Positions 28,014-41,097 of a DNA stretch of 64,000 nt are shown here, piece by piece. Numbering within the stretch: the first letter of the stretch is position 1; each line of letters begins with the position of its first letter. The position numbers and the translations under genes are program-made. The notes under the pieces were generated by a model. It saw only the letters and a program-made list of their open reading frames with translations. It had not been told where the DNA came from and did not search any database. The stretch is from Octopus vulgaris (Eukaryota), in assembly GCA_951406725.2 (NCBI GenBank), contig OX597838.1:37696001-37760000 (forward strand), given 5' to 3'.

Positions 28014-28076
<63 letters not shown>

Positions 28077-28649
28077 TCATACACACGCACCTATATATAT
28101 GTGTGTGAGGAATCGTGGCCCGGGGGTTAAAGTGTTGCACTTACGACTGGACAATTAATTTCGATTGCGCCATTGGGCTGTGCGGTCTGTTCTTGACCAG
28201 AGCATTTCATCTCAAGTTGTTCTGCGATCACATCGCTACCTGACATGCGCACAATACGCAACCGTACAACTGAATATTAGTTATTCTTTTCCTTCGGTGC
28301 ACGTTATCAGATAATTATATTTCGCTTGAAAACAGCAGATCCGTGGACGCATGCACGCACGCGCACACAGACACGCAAAACACACACACACACACATACG
28401 CACACAGACACACTCTCACAGCCTCTGTCTCATAGACACATATACATATATTTGTGTCTGCGTATTTCTGTGCGTGTCTACTTCATCGTCTGGGGGTGTC
28501 CACACAACACAAATTAACAAATCATCAGTGCAGGATGTTCAGCAACCAAATTGCGGCAACATGTTTACTCGGAGAGGGAACGAGAGTAAGAAACTGAGAG
28601 ATAGACAGAGACAGATATATATAAATACATATATATATATATATATCTA

Positions 28650-28701
<52 letters not shown>

Positions 28702-28702
<1 letters not shown>

Positions 28703-29214
28703 TAGCAGTATCGCCCGGCGTTGCTCGGGTTTGTAAGGGAAATAACTATATAAGCATTTTTAGAGAGTTATAGCAAAAAAATGCATTAAAAATGGAATAA
28801 AAAATGATGGTAATTTTTTTTTTAAATCGTTGACTCAGTGTCAAGCCATGAAGTCGTTGTTCTAAAAGAACGCTGGTCTCCTTGACAACGCTTTACGACG
28901 TTGATTTCCTTACACTCCCTTCCCCACGGCTTCACGAGGGAGGGAAGAAGGGGGAGAAGCAACACAGGTGCAGGTGTGAGCATGGACGCCAACTCCGCCG
29001 CCTTCCCTTTATTTAAAAAATATGCGTTAAAATGGAAAAAAATTATGGTAAATTATTTTTAAAATCGTAGACTCATCGTAGACGCGCGCAAATACCCAGA
29101 CGGGCTTGATATGAATCACGACTATAAGATACCCGAATTTGGTGAAACTGCACCGCAAAATGTGGGAGTAGTTAGGAATCTAAATCGTAGGAGACAGACA
29201 CTCACACAATTACA

Positions 29215-29225
<11 letters not shown>
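28702..29225 (-). mobile_element. Non-autonomous Helitron
   Basis: Minus-strand 3' end cccgagcaacgccggg hairpin + CTAG|T; homologous to 38227 and 49687. Confidence 0.8.
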
Positions 29226-29251
<26 letters not shown>

Positions 29252-29465
29252 TCACTTTCCTTCCGTTAAGTGTAATGTTATTTCTCCTTGGAAACATCTT
29301 TTCTGTGGCTTTACTAGGAACGGAGCTATTTTTAGCACTAGAGCTATCCACATAGTGGTAACTCTCTCATAATTTATGTATAAATTTGTATTATCTCCCT
29401 AGTTTCATGTGCTAAGCCACTTGGTGTTAAATCAAATATTTCACCCACATTTATAAATATATATA

Positions 29466-29501
<36 letters not shown>

Positions 29502-29515
29502 TGTATGTATGAGAT

Positions 29516-29562
<47 letters not shown>

Positions 29563-29613
29563 CAGACAGACAGATCTATATGACTTTGTGCTTTCACTGA
29601 TAACGGCAAGACA

Positions 29614-29658
29614 GACAGTCCGATGAACCCTTGCGGGCGAAACGTAGTGGTCACTGTC
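29614..29658 (+). ncRNA. Type I hammerhead variant
   Basis: gacagt-CCGATGA-accc ttgc gggc-GAAA-cgtagtgg-TC-actgtc; perfect 6 bp stem I. Confidence 0.7.
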
Positions 29659-29963
29659 ACGTTGTATCCTTGTCTGATAAAATATTCAAACGCAACTAGA
29701 GTTGTTATTCTTTTTCCTTCGGTGCACGTTATCAGATAATTATATTTCGCTTGAAAACAGCAGATCCGTGGACGCATGCACGCACGCGCACACAGACACG
29801 CACGCGCACACAGACACGCAAAACACACACACACACACATATACGCACACAGACACACTCTCACAGCCTCTGTCTCATAGACACATATACATATATTTGT
29901 GTCTGCGTATTTCTGTGCGTGTACATGTGTGTTTGTGTGTGTCTATATAGGCACACAAATATA

Positions 29964-29998
<35 letters not shown>

Positions 29999-30019
29999 AT
30001 ATAGATATATTCATATAGG

Positions 30020-30066
<47 letters not shown>

Positions 30067-30473
30067 TCTCTTTACTCTCTTTTACATGTTTCAGTCCTTT
30101 GACTGCGGCCATGCTGGAGCACCACCTTTAGTCGAGCAGATCGACCCCGGGTCTTATTCTTTGTAAGCCCAGTACTTATTCTATCGGTCTCTTTTGCCGA
30201 ACCGCTAATTGACGGGGACATAAACGCAGCAGCATCGGTTTTCAAGCAATGCTAGGGAGACAAATACAGACACACAAACACATACACACACATACATATA
30301 TACATACATATATACGACAGGCTTCTTTCAATTTCCGTCTACCAAGTCCACTCACAAGGCATTGGTCGGCCTGGGGCTATAGCAGAAGACACTTTGCCAA
30401 GGTGCCACGCAGTGGGACTGAACCCGGAACCATGTGGTTGGTAAGCAAGCTACTTACCACATAGCCACTCCTG
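30067..30473 (-). mobile_element. SINE family A
   Basis: Near full-length, with (AAGAGTA) tail. Confidence 0.9.
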
Positions 30474-30560
30474 TATATATATATATATATATACACTCAT
30501 ACATACATATATACATATAAATATAGTCACATATACACATATATGTGTATATATATCATA

Positions 30561-30595
<35 letters not shown>

Positions 30596-30711
30596 ATGCA
30601 TGTATGGGTCGTGTGTACATTTCTACGTATTCATTTATTAATGGAGACGGTGGGAGCGTTTGGGGATTACATACACAAACGAAAATAATGCAGTGTGTGT
30701 ATGTGGATGAC

Positions 30712-31316
30712 AGCGTGTGTACATATATGTATATACGCGTGTGTTCATATAAGTATATACGCGTGTGTACATATATGTATATACGCGTGTGTTCATATAA
30801 GTATATACGCGTGTGTACATATATGTATATACGCGTGTGTTCATATATGTATATACGCGTGTGTTCATATATGTATATACGCGTGTGTACATATAAGTAT
30901 ATACGCGTGTGTTCATATATGTATATACGCGTGTGTTCATATATGTATATACGTGTGTTCATATATGTATATACGCGTGTGTTCATATATGAATATACGC
31001 GTGTGTTCATATATGTATATACGCGTGTGTTCATATATGTATATACGCGTGTGTACATATATGTATATACGCGTGTGTACATATATGTATATACGCGTGT
31101 GTTCATATATGTATATACGCGTGTGTTCATATACGTATATACGCGTGTGTTCATATATGTATATACGCGTGTGTTCATATATGTGTATACGCGTGTGTTC
31201 ATATATGTATATACGCGTGTGTTCATATATGTATATACGCGTGTGTTCATATATGTATATACGCGTGTGTACATATATGTATATACGCGTGTGTTCATAT
31301 ATGTATATACGTGTGT
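30712..31316. repeat. 24 bp minisatellite, about 25 copies
   Basis: Unit atatatgtatatacgcgtgtgttc. Confidence 0.95.
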
Positions 31317-31368
31317 GATAACAGAATATGTACGCGCATACACGCTTGTGCATGTGGGCGTGTGTATG

Positions 31369-31399
<31 letters not shown>

Positions 31400-31762
31400 A
31401 TGTGTGTATGCCGTCTCATCTCTAAGTAACAAAATGGCGATGAAGCGACAAACGTCCCATCATATATAATGTAACACACGATGGAAATACGTTGATATTA
31501 TTTAAGGATATGGATCCCTCCTATACCAACCTCTCCTATCAGCGAACGTAAAGGAAAAAGCCAAATAGAACGATAGGGCTATACCCGTAAAGGAAAGCCA
31601 TTTATTTGCCCCGTTTCTGCAGAACTGCTCATATATTTTTTATCCCTGATAAAAAAACTGAAGCAAATGCTTTCGCTCATACGCGTATACTTATTTACAA
31701 ACAGATAAAAATGTATGGTTATATTCTTAAGCACTTTCTAAATATATGTACGAAAACGGACC

Positions 31763-31808
<46 letters not shown>

Positions 31809-31915
31809 TTACTTGGAAATGGATGTGTGACGTTCAATGAAATAACAATATGTAATATATGTATAAAGTATATACATATATATGTATATATTAAGTGCGT
31901 GTATATATATATATG

Positions 31916-31952
<37 letters not shown>

Positions 31953-32029
31953 GTGCACATATATAAACATGCGCTTCCACACATATATACGGAAACAGAT
32001 TGAGAGGGGGAAATGTAATTACGGGTATT

Positions 32030-32124
<95 letters not shown>

Positions 32125-32264
32125 ATATATATAATATTATTTGATATGTGTGTGTACCCCATTTCCTCACATATATATCTATATATAACGAAAAGTATAC
32201 ATAAAGATGTATAAATAAGCATGTTTTTATGCACACATGCACGTGTCTATACATATACATGTAC

Positions 32265-32324
<60 letters not shown>

Positions 32325-32489
32325 CTCCATAGATACTTATATATATAAACAATTAGAGTAAGTGCTTGAGTGAATGAGTGAGAGAGAGAGGGAGGGGGAG
32401 AGACAGGGAGGGAGGGAGGGAGGGAGGGAGAGCAAGGCAGAATGACAGAATGTATCGTTAACCGAGGCTATTATTCAAGCTGAACAAAC

Positions 32490-32930
32490 AGCAGAACAAC
32501 AACATTAATCGCCACCACTATCACCACCACCACCACCACCACCACACAACAACAACAACAACCACCAACACCACCACAACCACCACCACCACCAATACCA
32601 CCACCACCACAGCAACAACAACAACAACCACCACCACCGCCACCACAACAACAACCACCGACACCTCCACCACCACCACCACCACAACAACAACAACAAC
32701 GACCACGACACCACAACACCACCACCACCACCACCACAACAACAACAACAACAACCTCCACCACCGACACCACCATAAATAGCAACAGCAGCAACAACAA
32801 CGCGTACACCTGAAACGACAACACAGTAACAAGAATAAGCCCTACCACGACATCGACAACGCCCCCACCATCAGCAACAACAATAACGAGACCGTCGACA
32901 GCAACAACACCAACACCAACAGCAGCATCA
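32490..32930. repeat. (CAC)n/(CAA)n low-complexity tract
   Basis: Directly visible. Confidence 0.9.
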
Positions 32931-33251
32931 ATGATCCAGTGTGAACATGCTCAATTATTCATGGGCCTCTTACATCAATCGCTTCTATTTAGCTAACTGT
33001 ATAAATATTGATCAAGCCATTTATCTAGACACTCTGGGGAGGAATGGAAGAATTGGCGCGAAAGGAGAGGCGTGCGCGCCACACAGAAACAAGAAGTAGA
33101 ACGAACAAAAAAAATTCTGCCGTTTATCAATTAAGGTGTTATATAGACACTCTCCCCTCTCTCTTCTTTCTCTCTCGCTCTCTCTCCCTCACACTCTCTC
33201 CATCTATCTATCGATCTATCTACCTCGCTCTGTGTGTGTAAACCAAAAGTG

Positions 33252-33282
<31 letters not shown>

Positions 33283-33331
33283 ATATATATAATATATGTA
33301 TATATATATATACATATATATAAATATACAC

Positions 33332-33433
<102 letters not shown>

Positions 33434-33606
33434 TTATATATATATATATTTATATAAATATATATATATATATTTACATTTATATGTCAATATATGTATG
33501 TATATGTGTGTGTATATCTTTGTCTCTGTCTGCCAATCTGTGACAAATATACCTTGTATATATATATAAATATATATATACATATATATATATACACATA
33601 TATATT

Positions 33607-33640
<34 letters not shown>

Positions 33641-33977
33641 TGTTTCTATGTATGTATATATGTAAGTATATGCATATATGCATACATATATACAGGGATG
33701 TGCAAAAACATACATACCTATGATTATATATATACACTCACACACCTACACACATACACACACGCATATACACGCAAACACAAACACACACATATTTTAC
33801 TTAAAATGTGTTACGTTGGTTTGTTTTTTTACTTTTGTATTTTTCCCCCCACTTACACCTCGGCAGCAGCGCTACGAAACCTCCTCTCATCTTTATCATA
33901 GTGTCTGCCCAACCATCCATCCATCCATCTATCGTGGAGGCATCTCAACCACCACCAAGACTAGCAGAAGCCTTTCT

Positions 33978-34008
<31 letters not shown>

Positions 34009-34009
34009 T

Positions 34010-34102
<93 letters not shown>

Positions 34103-34265
34103 GCATATATATTTATATATATATATATACATATGCATATATATATACATGCGCATATGCATATATATATATACATATGCATATATATTTATATATATAT
34201 ACATATGCATATGTATATATATATACACATATGCATATATATATATATATATATATATGCACATA

Positions 34266-34311
<46 letters not shown>

Positions 34312-34535
34312 TATACACATGCATATATATATGTATATAGATAGATATATGCATATAAACTTCATCGGTACCTCCCCACATTTCAGCAAGTCTTTCCATC
34401 TTTGTTTCATTTACTATTATTATTTTTTTTTTTCTTGTTGTTGCTGTTTCTGTTTCTGGGTTTGTTTCGTTTTCGGCGCTCACAGCATTCACAAACACGT
34501 ACTTCGGGACACAAATGATACATACATATAAACAT

Positions 34536-34622
<87 letters not shown>

Positions 34623-34742
34623 TATATACTTATATATATACATACATATATATATACATATACATATATATATATATACACATATGTATATATATACATA
34701 TATATATATACACATACATATATATATACATATATATATACA

Positions 34743-36678
34743 CAAGAACAAAATCCCCAGAGAGAGGAAAATTCTAATGAGACGGCGTACAAAAATTTCA
34801 AATCGCCTAAACAAACAAATTGAAAACAGTGAAAAGTCCCGCCTGAAAATAAAACTGTTGGAAATTGAAAAATGTCTGCAACTCTCCCATGAAATAGAAA
34901 GAGCTGACAAAGAAGCCTGGGCTATAGACAACATAAAATCTAACCCCAGAGCTTTCTACAGGTATGCCAAAGAAACTGCTACGTTTCACTGTAGGATAGG
35001 GCCACTCCTTGAAAAGGATGGCACACTCACAGGAAATCCAATGAGGGTAAGTGAAATACTAAATGAGCAATTCAAGAGTGTTTTCACTCCACTCCTAGGG
35101 CATTTTCAAGTCAGCATTCCAACTGATTTCTTTACCACTGCAGATATAAAATCAGAGGCAGCGATGATTGATTACATCAATATAAAGGAAGGTGATGTAA
35201 TAAAGGCTATAGATGAAATGAAAGCAAACTCAGCTACTGGCCCCGATGGATTCCCAGCAATCCTTCTAAATGTATGTAAGAGAGTCCTAGCAAGACCACT
35301 GCAGTTCCTCTTTCAGAGCTTCCTTGCAACTGGCAAACTTCCAAGAAAACTGAAGGAAGGTAAAATATGCCCTATTCATAAAAGAGCTAGCAGAGCGGAG
35401 GCCAAGAACTACAGACCTACCTCTCTGACCTTACACATCAGCAAGGTCATGGAACGAATAGTCAGAAGGAAACTAATCACCTTCCTTGAAGAAAATGACT
35501 TGCTGCCTGACACCCAACATGGTTTCCGACCAGGAAGAAGCTGCCTAACCCAGCTCCTACAACACTGGGTGCTGAAATGACTGCTCAACCACTCAAATTT
35601 GGAAGTCATATATCTCGACTTTGCAAAGGCCTTTGATAAAGTCGATCATGGAATGATATGTCACAAACTGCGTGATCTTGGCATAGTTGGAAAATTGGGA
35701 GAATGGCTTCATGACTTTCTGACTACCAGGTGGTAGTTGCCACTTCTATTAACACGCAAATAGTGAGCGGTGTTTCGCAGGGCACTGTTTTGGGACCACT
35801 ACTGTTCATAATAGCCCTCTCAGACATGCCCTCAGCCACGCAGAGCCACGATCACAAGTTATGCAGATGATACAAAAGTTTCACAGGCAATACAGAACGC
35901 TGAAGACACTATGCACCTGCAATGTGAGCTGGACAAAATATACAAGTGGGCTGAAAAGAATAGCATGCAGTTCAATGCTGAAAGTTTCAAGCTTTATGCT
36001 ATCAGCATGCAACACTAAATACAATATCCAATAAATACACTGGACCTGGAGGGATTGCAATCCCAGAGGCACAATCAGTGTGAGACCTGGGTATTTACAT
36101 GAGTAATGATGCAACCTTTCATGTGCATGTTGCTACATTGGCAATGAAATGTAGGCGGCTGACCGGATGGATTCTTAGAACCATTAGAACAAGAGACCAG
36201 GAAACCATGATGGTCCTCTGGAGGACACTTGTCCTAAGTCACTTTGACTATTGCCCTCAGCTATGGTCACCATCCAGTGTCAAGTTAATCACAGAACTTG
36301 AGGCGATCCAACGAAGCTACACGAAGGAGATAGCCTCTGTGCAGCATATAAGCTACTGGGAAAGACTCAAGAGATTAAGACTCTATTCCTTAGAGCGTAG
36401 GCGAGAAAGATATGCCATAATATACATCTGGAAGATCCTAGAAGGACTTGTCCCAAACTTTGGCATCGAGAGTTACACAAATACTAGAACTGGGCGTCAC
36501 TGCATAGTGCCAAGAACTCCAAATTTACCATCAAGATGTAGGACACGATACTGTGATAGCCTGGGCTTCAGAGGTCCACAGCTCTTCAAAAGGACCTGAG
36601 AGACCTGAATGGGGAGGATGCAGATGTCTTTAAAATAAAACTGGATCTCTTCCTGTCAGGTGTCCCAGATGAACCAAC
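34743..36678 (+). mobile_element. CR1-group LINE ORF2 fragment (pseudogene)
   Basis: [57 protein letters not shown]; stops and frameshifts. Confidence 0.9.
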
Positions 36679-37312
36679 TTTTATATATATATATATATAT
36701 ATGGATGGATGGATTTGTGGATGGATGGATGGATGGATGGATGGATGGATGCACATATATACCAGACTTATCTTGCTGAGTGTGTAGGGTGACTGGACAT
36801 CCTCCATGATGGAATACAAAATCCTGTCAAAGGGTGGATGAACTCATGAAATTCTGTGGCCACCAAATTCCGTCTGCTCAGGCCAAATCTAACTGTTTCT
36901 CAAAGTCAGCGGTATATTTCTGCCACAACCATCGAGAAACTGGTCACTCTGATGCAAAAAAAATAACACAGTGGCTACGCTGAGGATCGAAACGTTTTCA
37001 ACAATGCCTGGCACAACGGTTTCAGTCAACGGTGAATCATGAATATTAAAATATAGACATCGCCTAGGCCTTGTTGGGACATCACTCTATGTGAAGGAAA
37101 TGTCTGACTTAAAAGCTACGACTCAATGGCAGCCATTGATGCTGGCTTGTTCTTGTTTTTTGGTGTATCTGTCATTGCTGCTCCTAGAGTGGAATTGGCT
37201 GTGTGCAAGGCCTCATCTCACTTTGAAAGGCATCTTAAACAGGCATCGGTTGGCGTCTTCCCGCCTCTGCATCTGTGTGTGTGTGTGTGTATAGGCAATT
37301 CAAATAAAGGAA

Positions 37313-37445
37313 AAACTAGAAAAGCACTCGGTGAGCGCCGACCTCCGCCAAGCATCCCATTCCCACCCATATACACGCGTACTGAAAATCGCCCAATTTC
37401 CCAAACCAACGCTGGCAAAAACATAACCTCCTTGGCGGGGGGTAA
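37313..37445. mobile_element. Helentron-associated (DINE-1/HINE-like) short element
   Basis: Asymmetric inverted repeat acctccgccaag / cttggcggggggt plus a gcactcggtgagcgc stem-loop. Confidence 0.55.
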
Positions 37446-37691
37446 AAAAAAAGAAATTAACACAGCCATATCATTTTAAATTTCGGTGTGTTTTATTTAA
37501 AAAAAATTGCATCTACAAAATGGAATAGCTCGTGGATAGAAACCAGGTCTAAACACAATAGCTTATAGACATACTGTAAATGTAGTTCCATATAAATCTT
37601 TAGTAATATTTTTTATACTTAAGACCATCAGAAGTGTTAAGCTATCAGCCTCTACACGCGTTGTCATGCTTTGATTAAAGGGTTACAGCAT

Positions 37692-37765
37692 AGATTAGAT
37701 TACTTAGATAAGTTTCGGCCGAAGTTGACTCAGGCCATGTCTAATTTAATAGCACCACCTGGAAG
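37692..37765 (-). mobile_element. Extreme 3' end of a CR1-group LINE
   Basis: Reverse complement matches 11580-11632 (ccaggtggtgctattaa.ttagacatggcctg...ggccgaaac). Confidence 0.75.
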
Positions 37766-37830
37766 AGATACGCAGTCAAGAAGAAGACGAGCACAAAGAC
37801 CGTATTAGTTTGACGCTCAGTAAAAAGACA

Positions 37831-37870
37831 GAGTTTGTGACGTTTCGAGCATAACACTTCGTCGGAAAAG
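37831..37870 (-). ncRNA. Minimal hammerhead-like motif
   Basis: CCGACGA-agtgttatgctc-GAAA-cg-TC; same family as 44878. Confidence 0.45.
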
Positions 37871-38226
37871 AGAAAAGGAAAATACCAAAGAAGTAAAAGA
37901 AATCGCCAATAGCACGTGCGTAGTTATATACATAGATTCATCGATAGGGAATCTGGTTCTCGCATAATGGAAACATGATAATGTTTCGCATCTTTATTTC
38001 TATAGATTTGAATTCATCTTCATGTAAAAACTTGAATATCTTCCCGGTATTAGTTGAATATCTATATCTATAAACATAGCGTATCATTATATTAGTGTTT
38101 CGTCAGTTAAGAAAAGGACAGAGTTTATTCTTCAAAAGTTTTTCTTCGTTCTAAAGTACAGCATTTATAAATATGAAGAGAGATATATGAAATCCTAAAA
38201 ATATTTAAATATAATTGTATAAACAA

Positions 38227-38628
38227 CTAGCAGTATCGCCCGGCGTTGCTCGGGTTTCTAAGGGAAATAACTATATAAGCCTTTTTAGAGAGTTATAGCC
38301 AAAAAATAACCAAAAAAATGCATTAAAAATGGAAAAAAAAAATATGGTAAATTTTTTTAAATCCTTGACTCATCTTATACATTTTTATATAGTTACTTCC
38401 CTTATATAATAGCGAAAAAAATGCATTAAAATGGAAAAAAATTATGGTAAATTTTTTTTTAAATCGTAGACTCATCGTAGACGCGCGCTAATACCCAGAA
38501 GGGCTCGATATGAATCACGACCATAAGATACCCAGTTTTGGTTAAACTGCACCGCAAAATGTGGGAGTAGTTAGGAATCTAAATCGTAGGAGACAGACAC
38601 CACACAACCTCACTTTTATATATAAAGA
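38227..38628 (-). mobile_element. Complete non-autonomous Helitron (402 bp)
   Basis: Minus strand A|TC...hairpin...CTAG|T termini, no TSD. Confidence 0.85.
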
Positions 38629-38884
38629 TGTTCTGAGTAACTTGAAAATTTATAGATATTTTTCATTTCATTACTTCCCGCCTTTGCAGGGCGGCTTTAT
38701 AATCAGTCAACACTTAGCATTTATAAAAACTATATCAGCCGCCGCAATGCTGCGGATTCAAACATACGGCGTTCTTTATGGCATGCAGTTTAACCAGAAT
38801 CGCAATGATAATGACGTCATATCTACGATTGATGACTTTTTAAGCGACGGGATAAAAGCTTCTTTCAGTAATGGATCAAAGCAC

Positions 38885-38932
<48 letters not shown>

Positions 38933-39081
38933 GGAAAGATGTGAATGAAGGGGGAGGGTTAATCGGTGGGAGGCACGTTTCTACGTAGTAGTGTGTGGAT
39001 GATATGTGTGTATATGTGAGAGTGTTGAGGGTGAGATGAGTGTGTTGGGGAGAAAGTATGTGGTGGAGGGTGAAATGCAAG

Positions 39082-39308
39082 GCGAGCTGGCAGAAACGTT
39101 AGCACGCCGGGCGAAAAGCTTAGCGGTATTTCGTCTGCCGCTACATTCTGAGTTCAAATTCCGCCGAGGTCGACTTAGCCTTTCATCCTTTCGGGGTCGA
39201 GTAAATAAGTACCAGTTACGCACTGGGGTCGACGTAATCGACTTAATCCGTTTGTCTGTCCTTGTTTGTCCTCTCTGTGTTTAGCCCCTTGTGGGTAGTA
39301 AAGAAATA
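39082..39308 (+). mobile_element. SINE family B (OK-like) with 17 bp TSD
   Basis: tggcagaaacg A-box-like and gagttcaaattcc B box; TSD ggagggtgaaatgcaag at 39065-39081 and 39309-39325. Confidence 0.9.
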
Positions 39309-39395
39309 GGAGGGTGAAATGCAAGATAGAAAGATTGAGGAGGTGAATTTAGACATCCACAACGTATCGGTTCACTCAATCCTGCCCCCACCGTA

Positions 39396-39576
39396 TGGAG
39401 TCCAAACAAGGCCCCGTGTGGAGTCCAAACAAGGCCCCGTGTGGAGTCCAAACAAGGCCCCGTGTGGAGTCCAAACAAGGCCCCGTGTGGAGTCCAAACA
39501 AGGCCCCGTGTGGAGTCCAAACAAGGCCCCGTGTGGAGTCCAAACAAGGCCCCGTGTGGCGTCCAAACAAGGCCCC
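39396..39576. repeat. 23 bp minisatellite, about 8 copies
   Basis: Unit tggagtccaaacaaggccccgtg. Confidence 0.95.
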
Positions 39577-39759
39577 TTTAAATGATTCGGACCAACAGCA
39601 TCGACGGCCTCGATTTCAGATCTCCTAGAACCATCGAGAACATCAGATAGTACCACCACGTCCCCCCCCCAAAAAAATGCGTTGATGCTTGGTAGCTGAC
39701 AAATATGTTAGTATACATGACCTCTTTCTTGTACACATGGCTACTTCTAGTGACAAGTA

Positions 39760-40250
39760 TTTAGATTTTATTCGCGAAGAGGGAAAATTCAGGGTGAACT
39801 AAAGGTTTGCAAGACGTAGCAGGCGTACGTACTAGGATAAACAATGGTGCAGAGGTTGAGGAAGTTTTGAGGGTACGCCGGCCATAAGCTTGAGAGCTAA
39901 TAGTATATAGAGAGCTGATGTCCAAATGAGGTAGAATGGAACAGAGTTGAAGAACACACAGCATGGTTGGTGTTCTTGATAAGGGAGGGTGTGAAGCGAG
40001 CAGCGATGTGAGTACAGTGTCGAGGAAGGCGGAGATGTGATCTGCAGGGATGAGGTCTCTACAGGAGAGAGACGATGGGATGGTCGGGTCGTCGAATTTA
40101 TGGGCCTTGGAGGGAAGGTATATAATGGAGATGCAGGGATAGAGGTTGTAGAAAACGAAAGAAAGGGGTGCATATGATAACAAATGGTGCAGTAAGCGTG
40201 TTGTCATTTGCAGGGGTAGAGCCTGAGGGTTCGAAAGCTATCGTAGTGCT
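39760..40250 (-). pseudogene. Heavily decayed PLE RT fragment
   Basis: IYLPSKAHK..., ISAFLDTVL, DISSLYTI correspond to PLE RT motifs. Confidence 0.65.
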
Positions 40251-40704
40251 TCAGTCCTACAGAGGCCGAGCGGCCATGTTTGTGTATTAGCTCCCATCTG
40301 CTCCCATTTTTTGGCAAATATCTGTCCTTAATCCATAGCTAATCCAAGAGACTTAATCTCAGTTTCAGAATACTTCAGTATTCATTATCGTCAAGTCTTG
40401 TCAATCTTAGGGCTCAGAGGGCGTGTTAGTAGGTTGCCATAGCCTATACGCGACTGAGATTACAGCATTCCTCCATGAACAGGGCGCCATCCATTGCAGG
40501 GCCAGTCATTTACAGCTAAATCAATGTGAAATTATGTGTTTTGCTCAAGAAGCCAATGCAACGCCTTGTCCGAGAATCGAAACGACGTCCTTGTGATCGT
40601 GAGTACAAGAAATTAACGTCTAGATCAGGAACATTTTTTTCATTTATTACTCCTCCTTAAGTCAAATAAAAGAAATCCCATACTTAATAGTAGCTCTACT
40701 TTTA

Positions 40705-41097
40705 TTCTTTTCTACTCTAGGCACAAGGCCTAAATTTTGGGGGAGGGGGCCAGTCGATTAGATCGACCCCAGTACGCAACGGATACTTAATTTATCGACC
40801 CTGAAAGGATGAAAGGCAAAGTCGACCTCGGCGGAATTTGAACTCAGAACGTAACGGCAGACGAAATACCTGTTCCTTTACTACCCACAAGTGGCTAAAC
40901 ACGGAGGGGACAAGCAAGGACAGACACACGGGTTAAGCCGATTACATCGACCCCAGTGCTTAAATGGTAATTAATTTATCGACCTCGAAAGGATGAAAGG
41001 CAAAGTCGACCTCGGCGGAATTTGAACTCAGAACGTAACGGCAGACGGAATATGGCTACGTATTTCACCCGGCGTGTTCACGATTCTGCCAATTCGT
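40705..41097 (-). mobile_element. Tandem or nested pair of family B SINEs with different tails
   Basis: The block atcgaccccagt...aaagtcgacctcggcggaatttgaactcagaacgtaacggcagacg occurs twice. Confidence 0.85.

Larger units (their letters stand above)
26813..28023. mobile_element. Retrozyme-like insert: two inverted arms, each about 1.25 differently permuted copies of a 478 bp HHR monomer
   Basis: Left arm 26813-27408 repeats at 27291; right arm 27410-28023 repeats at 27888; arms are near-identical reverse complements; flanked by (TA)(GA)n and (TA)n. Confidence 0.85.
28280..29921 (+). repeat. Direct duplication of about 200 bp (28280-28477 and 29704-29921)
   Basis: gttattcttttccttcggtgcacgttatcagataat...ttctgtgcgtgt occurs twice, nearly identical. 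Confidence 0.9.

Noticed and set aside
32471-32848. Gly/Cys/Val-rich ORFs
   Set aside because: Trinucleotide repeat translation; no splice or domain support
39396-39576. 23 bp repeats resembling a CRISPR array
   Set aside because: Units are contiguous with no spacers; eukaryotic minisatellite
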